Below, in pieces: positions 12,340 through 24,984 of a DNA stretch of 64,000 nucleotides. Origin of the DNA: Auanema rhodensis (Eukaryota; Animalia; Nematoda). Where the stretch lies: positions 7,316,001 through 7,380,000 of the forward strand of contig OZ059894.1 of the NCBI GenBank assembly GCA_964057225.1, read 5' to 3'. The stretch's first letter is position 1. Each line of letters starts with the position of its first letter. Both the position numbers and the translations under genes were made by a program. The notes under the pieces were generated by a model. It searched no databases. It was not told the origin of the DNA and was given only the letters and a program-made list of their open reading frames with translations.

Positions 12340-13318
12340 ACGAATCAGAAATCATCGACATGTGTATAAACATTTTTTTTTCATGTTTGTATTTACATCG
12401 ATTGAAAAACAAAATATACAATAAATCTTTCAAAGAATTTCTTTCTTTTTTCTTTCAAAATAACTGTGAAACAAAAGCTGAAATTGTGCTTCCGTACAAG
12501 GTCGTTCCAGCCTGTGAATAAGTTTAGGTCAGACTTCAACTTCTAGTTTGCTTCAAATTAGAGGTCCAAGCCTTATTGATTCTAAATTTGAGTGGGTTTG
12601 GATCTTCCAACTTGAATGACTTTAACGAACAGTCCTCGAGTTTGATGATAGAAGTTGAAGCTTCTACTTTTAGTACGACATAAGCGTTGGCTCTTGTTGT
12701 GTAAAGATCAAGTTTTATACTCTAGATAGTTCGAAATTGAAGTTCTGTCAAAGTCGTTCATTCCGTTTGTGAGTCAGAATACAGAAGAAACTTTCGTCGG
12801 GTCTGATGTTCGAAATCGGATTTGACTCAATTTACAGTACCGATCATATCCTACCACCCCTGAGATGTGTGGTGAATGGTGATCAGGCTGCAACTACTCG
12901 ACCACAAGTCATTTTGGGTTGATGGTAGGAAATTCGACTTCAATTGAGACTCGCTGGTTCAACTTCGCGTGGCTCCTTTCTTTTAGGAATGACTGCACAA
13001 CTCGGAAACAGATGAAGCGTCAACTTCGGCTGCAAGGCTGCATCGGAATGAATTGTTATTGACCATTTTCAATCAAAGATATCGTGAAGAACCCACGTTT
13101 GACTATGCTGAGTTGGCAAACAATCCAGTACACAGCTACTAGGGAGGTCATGTTTTTAAGATCATATCAGGTTTATCAGGTAAATTAAAGAGAGGAAAGA
13201 GTAATAAACAATATTTTTCCATTAAAAAGTAATTGAAATCGGTACTAAACTCTTTGATTAGACTGACTTTTCATATAAAAGCTCTGACCAACATCAGTTC
13301 GAACTCAACGAAATCAAG

Positions 13319-14021
13319 ATGTCTGCTCTTCGTTTGGTAAGCTTATTTGTGAATTTTTAAGAAATAATTTTCATTCTCAGATTATTGCTGTTGCAATTCT
13401 TGCTGTAACTATCGAAGCTGGAGTTAACTACCCAGCTCACAGAGCTAGAAACAGTCCACCTAGACCCCGTCAGTTTCAACTTCACTTATCATAACTTCAA
13501 ATTCCTGTTGCTTTAGAATGTGGAATCAACGAGCATTACACGAATTGTGGAACTGCTTGTGAGCCTAAATGTGGTGATCCAGAATTCGTATGACATTCTC
13601 AGTGAATTTTCTCTGAAAATGAATTTTTTTAAGATGCCATGTACTCTTCAATGCATCGTTGGTGTCTGTCAGTGCATTCATGGGCATTCAAGAAACAGCC
13701 AAGGAATCTGTATTCCAAATGAAGAATGTTACAACGGTGAGCAATCTGTTCTTGCTAAAGACATGGTTGATCTGAAAAAAATTGAAAAACTTATAATCAA
13801 ATCCTGAAATGCTGTTATTTCAGATCTTCCAGATTATTCCTACGACATAGCATGTAACAGACCATGTCCAAGAACCCATGTATGCCAATTTATGAATGAT
13901 TGCAGTCAAGGATATTGTAAAAAAATTCCTGTATGTGTATCCGCATTCCCTTACATGGTTAGTATATCAGAAGATATTTGAATTCGTTTAATTCTGATTT
14001 ATGTTTTAGCCATATCAGTAA
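13319..14021 (+). CDS. Secreted TIL-domain protease inhibitor, type B copy 1 (C-T-L-Q-C) with C-terminal 6-Cys module
   Basis: Exons 13319-13336, 13381-13468, 13517-13587, 13634-13736, 13824-13957 and 14010-14021, with the first four introns at the same positions as in type A. TIL CGINEHYTNCGTACEPKCGDPEFMPCTLQCIVGVCQCIHGHSRNSQGICIPNEEC; tail CNRPCPRTHVCQFMNDCSQGYCKKIPVC. Confidence 0.92.
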
Positions 14022-14191
14022 CTGGCGATAATCAATCCACATCCACATCCACATGTACTCAGATCGACATGTCTATAACCTTTTTTGTTTTTTCATGTTT
14101 GTATTTACATCGATTGAAAAACAAAATATACAATAAATATTAAAAAAATACGTTTTTTCTCTCACTCTTTCTTACTCTCTCTCTCTCGCTC

Positions 14192-14243
<52 letters not shown>

Positions 14244-15018
14244 TCGCTCTCTCGCTCTCTCTTTCATGTTCTCTCTCTATGGGTTAAAATCGATATTGGA
14301 AACTATCATCTGAAACTTAAACTCGAACTTGATCTTAACTTCAAAATGAGATTTTTAAGTTTTTGATTAAACCTAAGCTAGACTTTCAATAATTATCCTA
14401 CTTCTTATCGGGAAAGAAGCAGCAACATCTTCTGGTTAAACTCAGATTTGAAATGTCGTTTTGGCTCCAAAGATCAAATTTCAAAGTAATAATTTTCAAA
14501 GTAATGCTTTCCTTTAGTGAAGGACTATGAGATACTGAATGAACTATTATTTTTTTATTTTTTGACTTCAAAACAAAACCCAAAATCAAAAATATTTATT
14601 TTTTAAACTTTCATATCATTATTGGAACAGGTTTCGATCAAAGAAGTGCGAAGTTTTTCAGATTATATCAGTTTATTACCATAATTAAATCAAAATATGA
14701 GTAGCACAATGCTTTCCTGCAAAAAAGATTATTCAAAATCGTTTAAATGCCCCAAATATTTGGTATAAAAGCCATGTCTTTCCGGAAAGTCAGTTATATC
14801 AAGTTGAGATTTCCCATTGAACCTCTGAATCACTATTTCTATCATACTCTGATGTTTTTTCCAAAATACTGTGCTACTTAGGTTAATTTAGTTTCTCTGA
14901 CTAGACTGAACCAAGTTTTAAAAAAAAAATGTTTTATTAAACTTTTTATGTCCTTGTACCTATGATCATTCTATATAAAAGTTCTAACCAACATCTATTC
15001 AGATTTAAACCAATTAAG

Positions 15019-15673
15019 ATGTCTGTTCTTCGTTTGGTAAGATTATCTTTCAATTTCTAAACAATGATTTTCATTCTCAGATTATTGCTCTTGCAATTCT
15101 TGCTGTAACTATCGAAGCTGGTGTGAACTACCTAGTTAGAGAAGCTAGAAACAGTCCAGTTAAACCACGTCAGTTTCATCTTCATTTATCTTGAAATAGC
15201 ATCAAGTTCAGAATGTGGTGAGAATGAGCAATTTACCAACTGTGGAACTGCTTGTGAGCCCAAGTGTGGTGATCCAGAATTCGTATGACATTCACAAAGA
15301 ATTTTCTCTAAAAACCAATTTTTTCAAGATGCTATGCACTCGACAGTGTATCGTTAATGTTTGCCAATGCAAGCAAGGTTTTGCCCGGGACAGCCAAGGA
15401 ATTTGTATTCCAAAGGAAGACTGTAACAAGGGTAAGTTTCTTTTCACAAAGTTTTTATTTAAAAAATATTGATCTTTTAATTTTTCAGGAAATTACTCTA
15501 CACCTAAATGCCATCCATGTAAACCCAACGAGTATTGCAAACTAGTACAGGTTAACTGCATACAAGCACCATGCCCTCCAATTCCCATGTGCACACCTCG
15601 GTTAGTTTTAAAATTTCTTCTTATAGAGGTTTCCTATAATTATAATTTAAAAATCATTTGTAGGTATCAATAA
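15019..15673 (+). CDS. Secreted TIL inhibitor, type A copy 2 (loop C-T-R-Q-C)
   Basis: Copy of 11685-12339 at +3334; exon 4 begins ATG CTA TGC ACT CGA CAG TGT. Confidence 0.92.
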
Positions 15674-16652
15674 ACGAATCAGAAATCATCGACATGTGTA
15701 TAAACATTTTTTTTTCATGTTTGTATTTACATCGATTGAAAAACAAAATATACAATAAATCTTTCAAAGAATTTCTTTCTTTTTTCTTTCAAAATAACTG
15801 TGAAACAAAAGCTGAAATTGTGCTTCCGTACAATGTCGTTCCAGCCTGTGAATAAGTTTAGATCAGACTTCAACTTCTAGTTTGCTTCAAATTAGAGGTC
15901 CAAGCCTTATTGATTCTAAATTTGAGTGGGTTTGGATCTTCCAACTTGAATGACTTTAACGAACAGTCCTCGAGTTTGATGATAGAAGTTGAAGCTTCTA
16001 CTTTTAGTACGACATAAGCGTTGGCTCTTGTTGTGTAAAGATCAAGTTTTATACTCTAGATAGTTCGAAATTGAAGTTCTGTCAAAGTCGTTCATTCCAT
16101 TTGTGAGTCAGAATACAGAAGAAACTCTCGTCGGGTCTGATATTCGAAATCGGATTTGACTCAATTTACAGTACCGATCATATCCTACCACCCCTGAGAT
16201 GTGTGGTGAATGGTGATCAGGCTGCAACTACTCGACCACAAGTCATTTTGGGTTGATGGTAGGAAATTCGACTTCAATTGAGACTCGCTGGTTCAACTTC
16301 GCGTGGCTCCTTTCTTTTAGGAATGACTGCACAACTCGGAAACAGATGAAGCGTCAACTTCGGCTGCAAGGCTGCATCGGAATGAATTGTTATTGACCAT
16401 TTTCAATCAAAGATATCGTGAAGAACCCACGTTTGACTATGCTGAGTTGGCAAACAATCCAGTACACAGCTACTAGGGAGGTCATGTTTTTAAGATCATA
16501 TCAGGTTTATCAGGTAAATTAAAGAGAGGAAAGAGTAATAAACAATATTTTTCCATTAAAAAGTAATTGAAATCGGTACTAAACTCTTTGATTAGACTGA
16601 CTTTTCATATAAAAGCTCTGACCAACATCAGTTCGAACTCAACGAAATCAAG

Positions 16653-17355
16653 ATGTCTGCTCTTCGTTTGGTAAGCTTATTTGTGAATTTTTAAGAAATA
16701 ATTTTCATTCTCAGATTATTGCTGTTGCAATTCTTGCTGTAACTATCGAAGCTGGAGTTAACTACCCAGCTCACAGAGCTAGAAACAGTCCACCTAGACC
16801 CCGTCAGTTTCAACTTCACTTATCATAACTTCAAATTCCTGTTGCTTTAGAATGTGGAATCAACGAGCATTACACGAATTGTGGAACTGCTTGTGAGCCT
16901 AAATGTGGTGATCCAGAATTCGTATGACATTCTCAGTGAATTTTCTCTGAAAATGAATTTTTTTAAGATGCCATGTACTCTTCAATGCATCGTTGGTGTC
17001 TGTCAGTGCATTCATGGGCATTCAAGAAACAGCCAAGGAATCTGTATTCCAAATGAAGAATGTTACAACGGTGAGCAATCTGTTCTTGCTAAAGACATGG
17101 TTGATCTGAAAAAAATTGAAAAACTTATAATCAAATCCTGAAATGCTGTTATTTCAGATCTTCCAGATTATTCCTACGACATAGCATGTAACAGACCATG
17201 TCCAAGAACCCATGTATGCCAATTTATGAATGATTGCAGTCAAGGATATTGTAAAAAAATTCCTGTATGTGTATCCGCATTCCCTTACATGGTTAGTATA
17301 TCAGAAGATATTTGAATTCGTTTAATTCTGATTTATGTTTTAGCCATATCAGTAA
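16653..17355 (+). CDS. Secreted TIL inhibitor, type B copy 2
   Basis: Appears identical to 13319-14021 at +3334. Confidence 0.92.
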
Positions 17356-17525
17356 CTGGCGATAATCAATCCACATCCACATCCACATGTACTCAGATCG
17401 ACATGTCTATAACCTTTTTTGTTTTTTCATGTTTGTATTTACATCGATTGAAAAACAAAATATACAATAAATATTAAAAAAATACGTTTTTTCTCTCACT
17501 CTTTCTTACTCTCTCTCTCTCGCTC

Positions 17526-17573
<48 letters not shown>

Positions 17574-18348
17574 TCGCTCTCTCGCTCTCTCTTTCATGTT
17601 CTCTCTCTATGGGTTAAAATCGATATTGGAAACTATCATCTGAAACTTAAACTCGAACTTGATCTTAACTTCAAAATGAGATTTTTAAGTTTTTGATTAA
17701 ACCTAAGCTAGACTTTCAATAATTATCCTACTTCTTATCGGGAAAGAAGCAGCAACATCTTCTGGTTAAACTCAGATTTGAAATGTCGTTTTGGCTCCAA
17801 AGATCAAATTTCAAAGTAATAATTTTCAAAGTAATGCTTTCCTTTAGTGAAGGACTATGAGATACTGAATGAACTATTATTTTTTTATTTTTTGACTTCA
17901 AAACAAAACCCAAAATCAAAAATATTTATTTTTTAAACTTTCATATCATTATTGGAACAGGTTTCGATCAAAGAAGTGCGAAGTTTTTCAGATTATATCA
18001 GTTTATTACCATAATTAAATCAAAATATGAGTAGCACAATGCTTTCCTGCAAAAAAGATTATTCAAAATCGTTTAAATGCCCCAAATATTTGGTATAAAA
18101 GCCATGTCTTTCCGGAAAGTCAGTTATATCAAGTTGAGATTTCCCATTGAACCTCTGAATCACTATTTCTATCATACTCTGATGTTTTTTCCAAAATACT
18201 GTGCTACTTAGGTTAATTTAGTTTCTCTGACTAGACTGAACCAAGTTTTAAAAAAAAAATGTTTTATTAAACTTTTTATGTCCTTGTACCTATGATCATT
18301 CTATATAAAAGTTCTAACCAACATCTATTCAGATTTAAACCAATTAAG

Positions 18349-19003
18349 ATGTCTGTTCTTCGTTTGGTAAGATTATCTTTCAATTTCTAAACAATGATTT
18401 TCATTCTCAGATTATTGCTCTTGCAATTCTTGCTGTAACTATCGAAGCTGGTGTGAACTACCTAGTTAGAGAAGCTAGAAACAGTCCAGTTAAACCACGT
18501 CAGTTTCATCTTCATTTATCTTGAAATAGCATCAAGTTCAGAATGTGGTGAGAATGAGCAATTTACAAACTGTGGAACTGCTTGTGAGCCCAAGTGTGGT
18601 GATCCAGAATTCGTATGACATTCACAAAGAATTTTCTCTAAAAACCAATTTTTTCAAGATGCTATGCACTCGACAGTGTATCGTTAATGTTTGCCAATGC
18701 AAGCAAGGTTTTGCCCGGGACAGCCAAGGAATTTGTATTCCAAAGGAAGACTGTAACAAGGGTAAGTTTCTTTTCACAAAGTTTTTATTTAAAAAATATT
18801 GATCTTTTAATTTTTCAGGAAATTACTCTACACCTAAATGCCATCCATGTAAACCCAACGAGTATTGCAAACTAGTACAGGTTAACTGCATACAAGCACC
18901 ATGCCCTCCAATTCCCATGTGCACACCTCGGTTAGTTTTAAAATTTCTTCTTATAGAGGTTTCCTATAATTATAATTTAAAAATCATTTGTAGGTATCAA
19001 TAA
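18349..19003 (+). CDS. Secreted TIL inhibitor, type A copy 3 (C-T-R-Q-C)
   Basis: Copy at +6664; one synonymous ACC>ACA change seen relative to copy 2. Confidence 0.92.
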
Positions 19004-19982
19004 ACGAATCAGAAATCATCGACATGTGTATAAACATTTTTTTTTCATGTTTGTATTTACATCGATTGAAAAACAAAATATACAATAAATCTTTCAAAGA
19101 ATTTCTTTCTTTTTTCTTTCAAAATAACTGTGAAACAAAAGCTGAAATTGTGCTTCCGTACAAGGTCGTTCCAGCCTGTGAATAAGTTTAGGTCAGACTT
19201 CAACTTCTAGTTTGCTTCAAATTAGAGGTCCAAGCCTTATTGATTCTAAATTTGAGTGGGTTTGGATCTTCCAACTTGAATGACTTTAACGAACAGTCCT
19301 CGAGTTTGATGATAGAAGTTGAAGCTTCTACTTTTAGTACGACATAAGCGTTGGCTCTTGTTGTGTAAAGATCAAGTTTTATACTCTAGATAGTTCGAAA
19401 TTGAAGTTCTGTCAAAGTCGTTCATTCCATTTGTGAGTCAGAATACAGAAGAAACTCTCGTCGGGTCTGATATTCGAAATCGGATTTGACTCAATTTACA
19501 GTACCGATCATATCCTACCAACCCTGAGATGTGTGGTGAATGGTGATGAGGCTGCAACTACTCGACCACAAGTCATTTTGGATTGATGGTAGGAAATTCG
19601 ACTTCAATTGAGACTCACTGGTTCAACTTCGCGTGGCTCCTTTCTTTTAGGAATAACTGCACAACTCGGAAACAGATGAAGCGTCAACTTCGGCTGCAAG
19701 GCTGCATCGGAATGAATTGTTATTGACCATTTTCAATCAAAGATATCGTGAAGAACCCACGTTTGACTATGCTGAGTTGGCAAACAATCCAGTACACAGC
19801 TACTAGGGAGGTCATGTTTTTAAGATCATATCAGGTTTATCAGGTAAATTAAAGAGAGGAAAGAGTAATAAACAATATTTTTCCATTAAAAAGTAATTGA
19901 AATCGGTACTAAACTCTTTGATTAGACTGACTTTTCATATAAAAGCTCTGACCAACATCAGTTCGAACTCAACGAAATCAAG

Positions 19983-20685
19983 ATGTCTGCTCTTCGTTTG
20001 GTAAGCTTATTTGTGAATTTTTAAGAAATAATTTTCATTCTCAGATTATTGCTGTTGCAATTCTTGCTGTAACTATCGAAGCTGGAGTTAACTACCCAGC
20101 TCACAGAGCTAGAAACAGTCCACCTAGACCCCGTCAGTTTCAACTTCACTTATCATAACTTCAAATTCCTGTTGCTTTAGAATGTGGAATCAACGAGCAT
20201 TACACGAATTGTGGAACTGCTTGTGAGCCTAAATGTGGTGATCCAGAATTCGTATGACATTCTCAGTGAATTTTCTCTGAAAATGAATTTTTTTAAGATG
20301 CCATGTACTCTTCAATGCATCGTTGGTGTCTGTCAGTGCATTCATGGGCATTCAAGAAACAGCCAAGGAATCTGTATTCCAAATGAAGAATGTTACAACG
20401 GTGAGCAATCTGTTCTTGCTAAAGACATGGTTGATCTGAAAAAAATTGAAAAACTTATAATCAAATCCTGAAATGCTGTTATTTCAGATCTTCCAGATTA
20501 TTCCTACGACATAGCATGTAACAGACCATGTCCAAGAACCCATGTATGCCAATTTATGAATGATTGCAGTCAAGGATATTGTAAAAAAATTCCTGTATGT
20601 GTATCCGCATTCCCTTACATGGTTAGTATATCAGAAGATATTTGAATTCGTTTAATTCTGATTTATGTTTTAGCCATATCAGTAA
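19983..20685 (+). CDS. Secreted TIL inhibitor, type B copy 3
   Basis: Appears identical to 13319-14021 at +6664. Confidence 0.92.
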
Positions 20686-20841
20686 CTGGCGATAATCAAT
20701 CCACATCCACATCCACATGTACTCAGATCGACATGTCTATAACCTTTTTTGTTTTTTCATGTTTGTATTTACATCGATTGAAAAACAAAATATACAATAA
20801 ATATTAAAAAAATACGTTTTTTCTCTCACTCTCTCTCGCTC

Positions 20842-20885
<44 letters not shown>

Positions 20886-22207
20886 TCGCTCTCTCGCTCT
20901 CTCTTTCATGTTCTCTCTCTATGGGTTAAAATCGATATTGGAAACTATCATCTGAAACTTAAACTCGAACTTGATCTTAACTTCAAAATGAGATTTTTAA
21001 GTTTTTGATTAAACCTAAGCTAGACTTTCAATAATTATCCTACTTCTTATCGGGAAAGAAGCAGCAACATCTTCTGGTTAAACTCAGATTTGAAATGTCG
21101 TTTTGGCTCCAAAGATCAAATTTCAAAGTAATAATTTTCAAAGTAATGCTTTCCTTTAGTGAAGGACTATGAGATACTGAATGAACTATTATTTTTTTAT
21201 TTTTTGACTTCAAAACAAAACCCAAAATCAAAAATATTTATTTTTTAAACTTTCATATCATTATTGGAACAGGTTTCGATCAAAGAAGTGCGAAGTTTTT
21301 CAGATTATATCAGTTTATTACCATAATTAAATCAAAATATGAGTAGCACAATGCTTTCCTGCAAAAAAGATTATTCAAAATCGTTTAAATGCCCCAAATA
21401 TTTGGTATAAAAGCCATGTCTTTCCGGAAAGTCAGTTATATCAAGTTGAGATTTCCCCTTTTTTCAAATTACTGTCAATTTTAAATATTACATTGAAGTT
21501 TTTATATTTTTTTTGTTTTGTTTAGTTCAATATTCGAGAAAAATTATAAACTTGTTTTGGATTCATCAGACATATAAATTTCGAATGCTTCCAAAGCCTA
21601 AAATATTGAAACTTGCCAATAACTTTATGAGCTTAGATACAATCTTAAAAGTAACCTTTATTCAAAAATTACTTCTGGTATTCTAGATGAAATAAGTACT
21701 ATATTGCTGTTTTAATTGATTTTAGTATCCGTTTTCGACACTTTCAAATACTTTGTGAAAAGTTTATGAAGAACATTTAAGTAGAACAAACACTGAATGA
21801 ACTTTCATTGATCTTACAGTGATTTTTCATACTTATAAACATGGAATGACCTTAGTTATTACTAAAAGTATATAAAGAATTTTATTGTGACCAGGCAATC
21901 ATACTTGTTTGAGACAGTTAGGAATATTCGTCATATTTCAAACAATATTATCTTGTCTCACTGGTTATCTCCCGGTATTATGTTTCGCAATTCTACATTT
22001 GCTGTTTAAACCTCTGAATCACTATTTCTATCATACTCTGATGTTTTTTCCAAAATACTGTGCTACTTAGGTTAATTTAGTTTCTCTGACTAGACTGAAC
22101 CAAGTTTTAAAAAAAAAATGTTTTATTAAACTTTTTATGTCCTTGTACCTATGATCATTCTATATAAAAGTTCTAACCAACATCTATTCAGATTTAAACC
22201 AATTAAG

Positions 22208-22862
22208 ATGTCTGTTCTTCGTTTGGTAAGATTATCTTTCAATTTCTAAACAATGATTTTCATTCTCAGATTATTGCTCTTGCAATTCTTGCTGTAACTA
22301 TCGAAGCTGGTGTGAACTACCTAGTTAGAGAAGCTAGAAACAGTCCAGTTAAACCACGTCAGTTTCATCTTCATTTATCTTGAAATAGCATCAAGTTCAG
22401 AATGTGGTGAGAATGAGCAATTTACCAACTGTGGAACTGCTTGTGAGCCCAAGTGTGGTGATCCAGAATTCGTATGACATTCACAATGAATTTTCTCTAA
22501 AAACGACTTTTTTAAAGATGGCATGCACCCTTCAGTGTATCGTTAATGTTTGCCAATGCAAGCAAGGTTTTGCCCGGGACAGCCAAGGAATTTGTATTCC
22601 AAAGGAAGACTGTAACAAGGGTAAGTTTCTTTTCACAAAGTTTTTATTTAAAAAATATTGATCTTTTAATTTTTCAGGAAATTACTCTACACCTAAATGC
22701 CATCCATGTAAACCCAACGAGTATTGCAAACTAGTACAGGTTAACTGCATACAAGCACCATGCCCTCCAATTCCCATGTGCACACCTCGGTTAGTTTTAA
22801 AATTTCTTCTTATAGAGGTTTCCTATAATTATAATTTAAAAATCATTTGTAGGTATCAATAA
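22208..22862 (+). CDS. Secreted TIL inhibitor, type A copy 4 (C-T-L-Q-C)
   Basis: Copy at +10523 carrying the copy-1 version of intron 3/exon 4. Confidence 0.92.
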
Positions 22863-23841
22863 ACGAATCAGAAATCATCGACATGTGTATAAACATTTTT
22901 TTTTCATGTTTGTATTTACATCGATTGAAAAACAAAATATACAATAAATCTTTCAAAGAATTTCTTTCTTTTTTCTTTCAAAATAACTGTGAAACAAAAG
23001 CTGAAATTGTGCTTCCGTACAATGTCGTTCCAGCCTGTGAATAAGTTTAGATCAGACTTCAACTTCTAGTTTGCTTCAAATTAGAGGTCCAAGCCTTATT
23101 GATTCTAAATTTGAGTGGGTTTGGATCTTCCAACTTGAATGACTTTAACGAACAGTCCTCGAGTTTGATGATAGAAGTTGAAGCTTCTACTTTTAGTACG
23201 ACATAAGCGTTGGCTCTTGTTGTGTAAAGATCAAGCTTTATACTCTAGATAGTTCGAAATTGAAGTTCTGTCAAAGTCGTTCATTCCGTTTGTGAGTCAG
23301 AATACAGAAGAAACTCTCGTCGGGTCTGATGTTCGAAATCGGATTTGACTCAATTTACAGTACCGATCATATCCTACCACCCCTGAGATGTGTGGTGAAT
23401 GGTGATCAGGCTGCAACTACTCGACCACAAGTCATTTTGGGTTGATGGTAGGGAATTCGACTTCAATTGAGACTCGCTGGTTCAACTTCGCGTGGCTCCT
23501 TTCTTTTAGGAATGACTGCACAACTCGGAAACAGATGAAGCGTCAACTTCGGCTGCAAGGCTGCATCGGAATGAATTGTTATTGACCATTTTCAATCAAA
23601 GATATCGTGAAGAACCCACGTTTGACTATGCTGAGTTGGCAAACAATCCAGTACACAGCTACTAGGGAGGTCATGTTTTTAAGATCATATCAGGTTTATC
23701 AGGTAAATTAAAGAGAGGAAAGAGTAATAAACAATATTTTTCCATTAAAAAGTAATTGAAATCGGTACTAAACTCTTTGATTAGACTGACTTTTCATATA
23801 AAAGCTCTGACCAACATCAGTTCGAACTCAACGAAATCAAG

Positions 23842-24535
23842 ATGTCTGCTCTTCGTTTGGTAAGCTTATTTGTGAATTTTTAAGAAATAATTTTCATTCT
23901 CAGATTATTGCTGTTGCAATTCTTGCTGTAACTATCGAAGCTGGAGTTAACTACCCAGCTCACAGAGCTAGAAACAGTCCACCTAGACCCCGTCAGTTTC
24001 AACTTCACTTATCATAACTTCAAATTCCTGTTGCTTTAGAATGTGGAATCAACGAGCATTACACGAATTGTGGAACTGCTTGTGAGCCTAAATGTGGTGA
24101 TCCAGAATTCGTATGACATTCTCAGTGAATTTTCTCTGAAAATGAATTTTTTTAAGATGCCATGTACTCTTCAATGCATCGTTGGTGTCTGTCAGTGCAT
24201 TCATGGGCATTCAAGAAACAGCCAAGGAATCTGTATTCCAAATGAAGAATGTTACAACGGTGAGCAATCTGTTCTTGCTAAAGACATGGTTGATCTGAAA
24301 AAAATTGAAAAACTTATAATCAAATCCTGAAATGCTGTTATTTCAGATCTTCCAGATTATTCCTACGATATAGAATGTGACAAACCATGTCCAAGAACCC
24401 ATGTATGCCAATTTATGGAAGATTGCAGCCAAGGATATTGCGAAAATGTTCCTGTATGTGCCCCTTACATGGTTAGTATATCAGAAGATATTTGAATTCG
24501 TTTAATTCTGATTTATGTTTTAGCCATATCAGTAA
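23842..24535 (+). CDS. Secreted TIL inhibitor, type B copy 4 (mosaic: B1-like exons 1-4, B5-like exon 5)
   Basis: Exon 5 (24347-24471) encodes ECDKPCPRTHVCQFMEDCSQGYCENVPVCAPYM, is 9 nt shorter than in B1-B3, and matches 29009-29133. Confidence 0.9.
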
Positions 24536-24670
24536 CTGGCGATAATCAATCCACATCCACATCCACATGTACTCATATCGACATGTCTATAACCTTTTTT
24601 GTTTTTTCATGTTTGTATTTACATCGATTGAAAAACAAAATATACAATAAATATTAAAAAAATACGTTTT

Positions 24671-24984
24671 TTCTCTCACTCTCTCTCGCTCTCACTCTCT
24701 CTCTCGCTCTCACTCTCTCGCTCTCTCGCTCTCTCGCTCTCACTCTCTCTTTCATGTTCTCTCTCTCTCACTCTCTCGCTCTCTCGCTCTCTCGCTCTCA
24801 CTCTCTCGCTCTCTCGCTCTCTCGCTCTCACTCTCTCGCTCTCTCGCTCTCTCGCTCTCACTCTCTCGCTCTCTCTCTCTCTCGCTCTCTCGCTCTCTCG
24901 CTCTCACTCTCTCGCTCTCTCGCTCTCTCGCTCTCACTCTCTCGCTCTCTCTCTCTCTCGCTCTCTCTTTCATGTTCTCTCTCT
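24671..24984. repeat. Expanded compound (CT)n microsatellite with CTCG/CTCA variant units
   Basis: About 300 bp here versus ~100-125 bp at the homologous sites near 14160, 17490 and 20820. Confidence 0.95.

Noticed and set aside
14398-14589. Repeated 63-aa minus-strand ORF in each array spacer
   Set aside because: It recurs only because the spacer is duplicated, starts at a non-ATG codon and has no recognisable domain.
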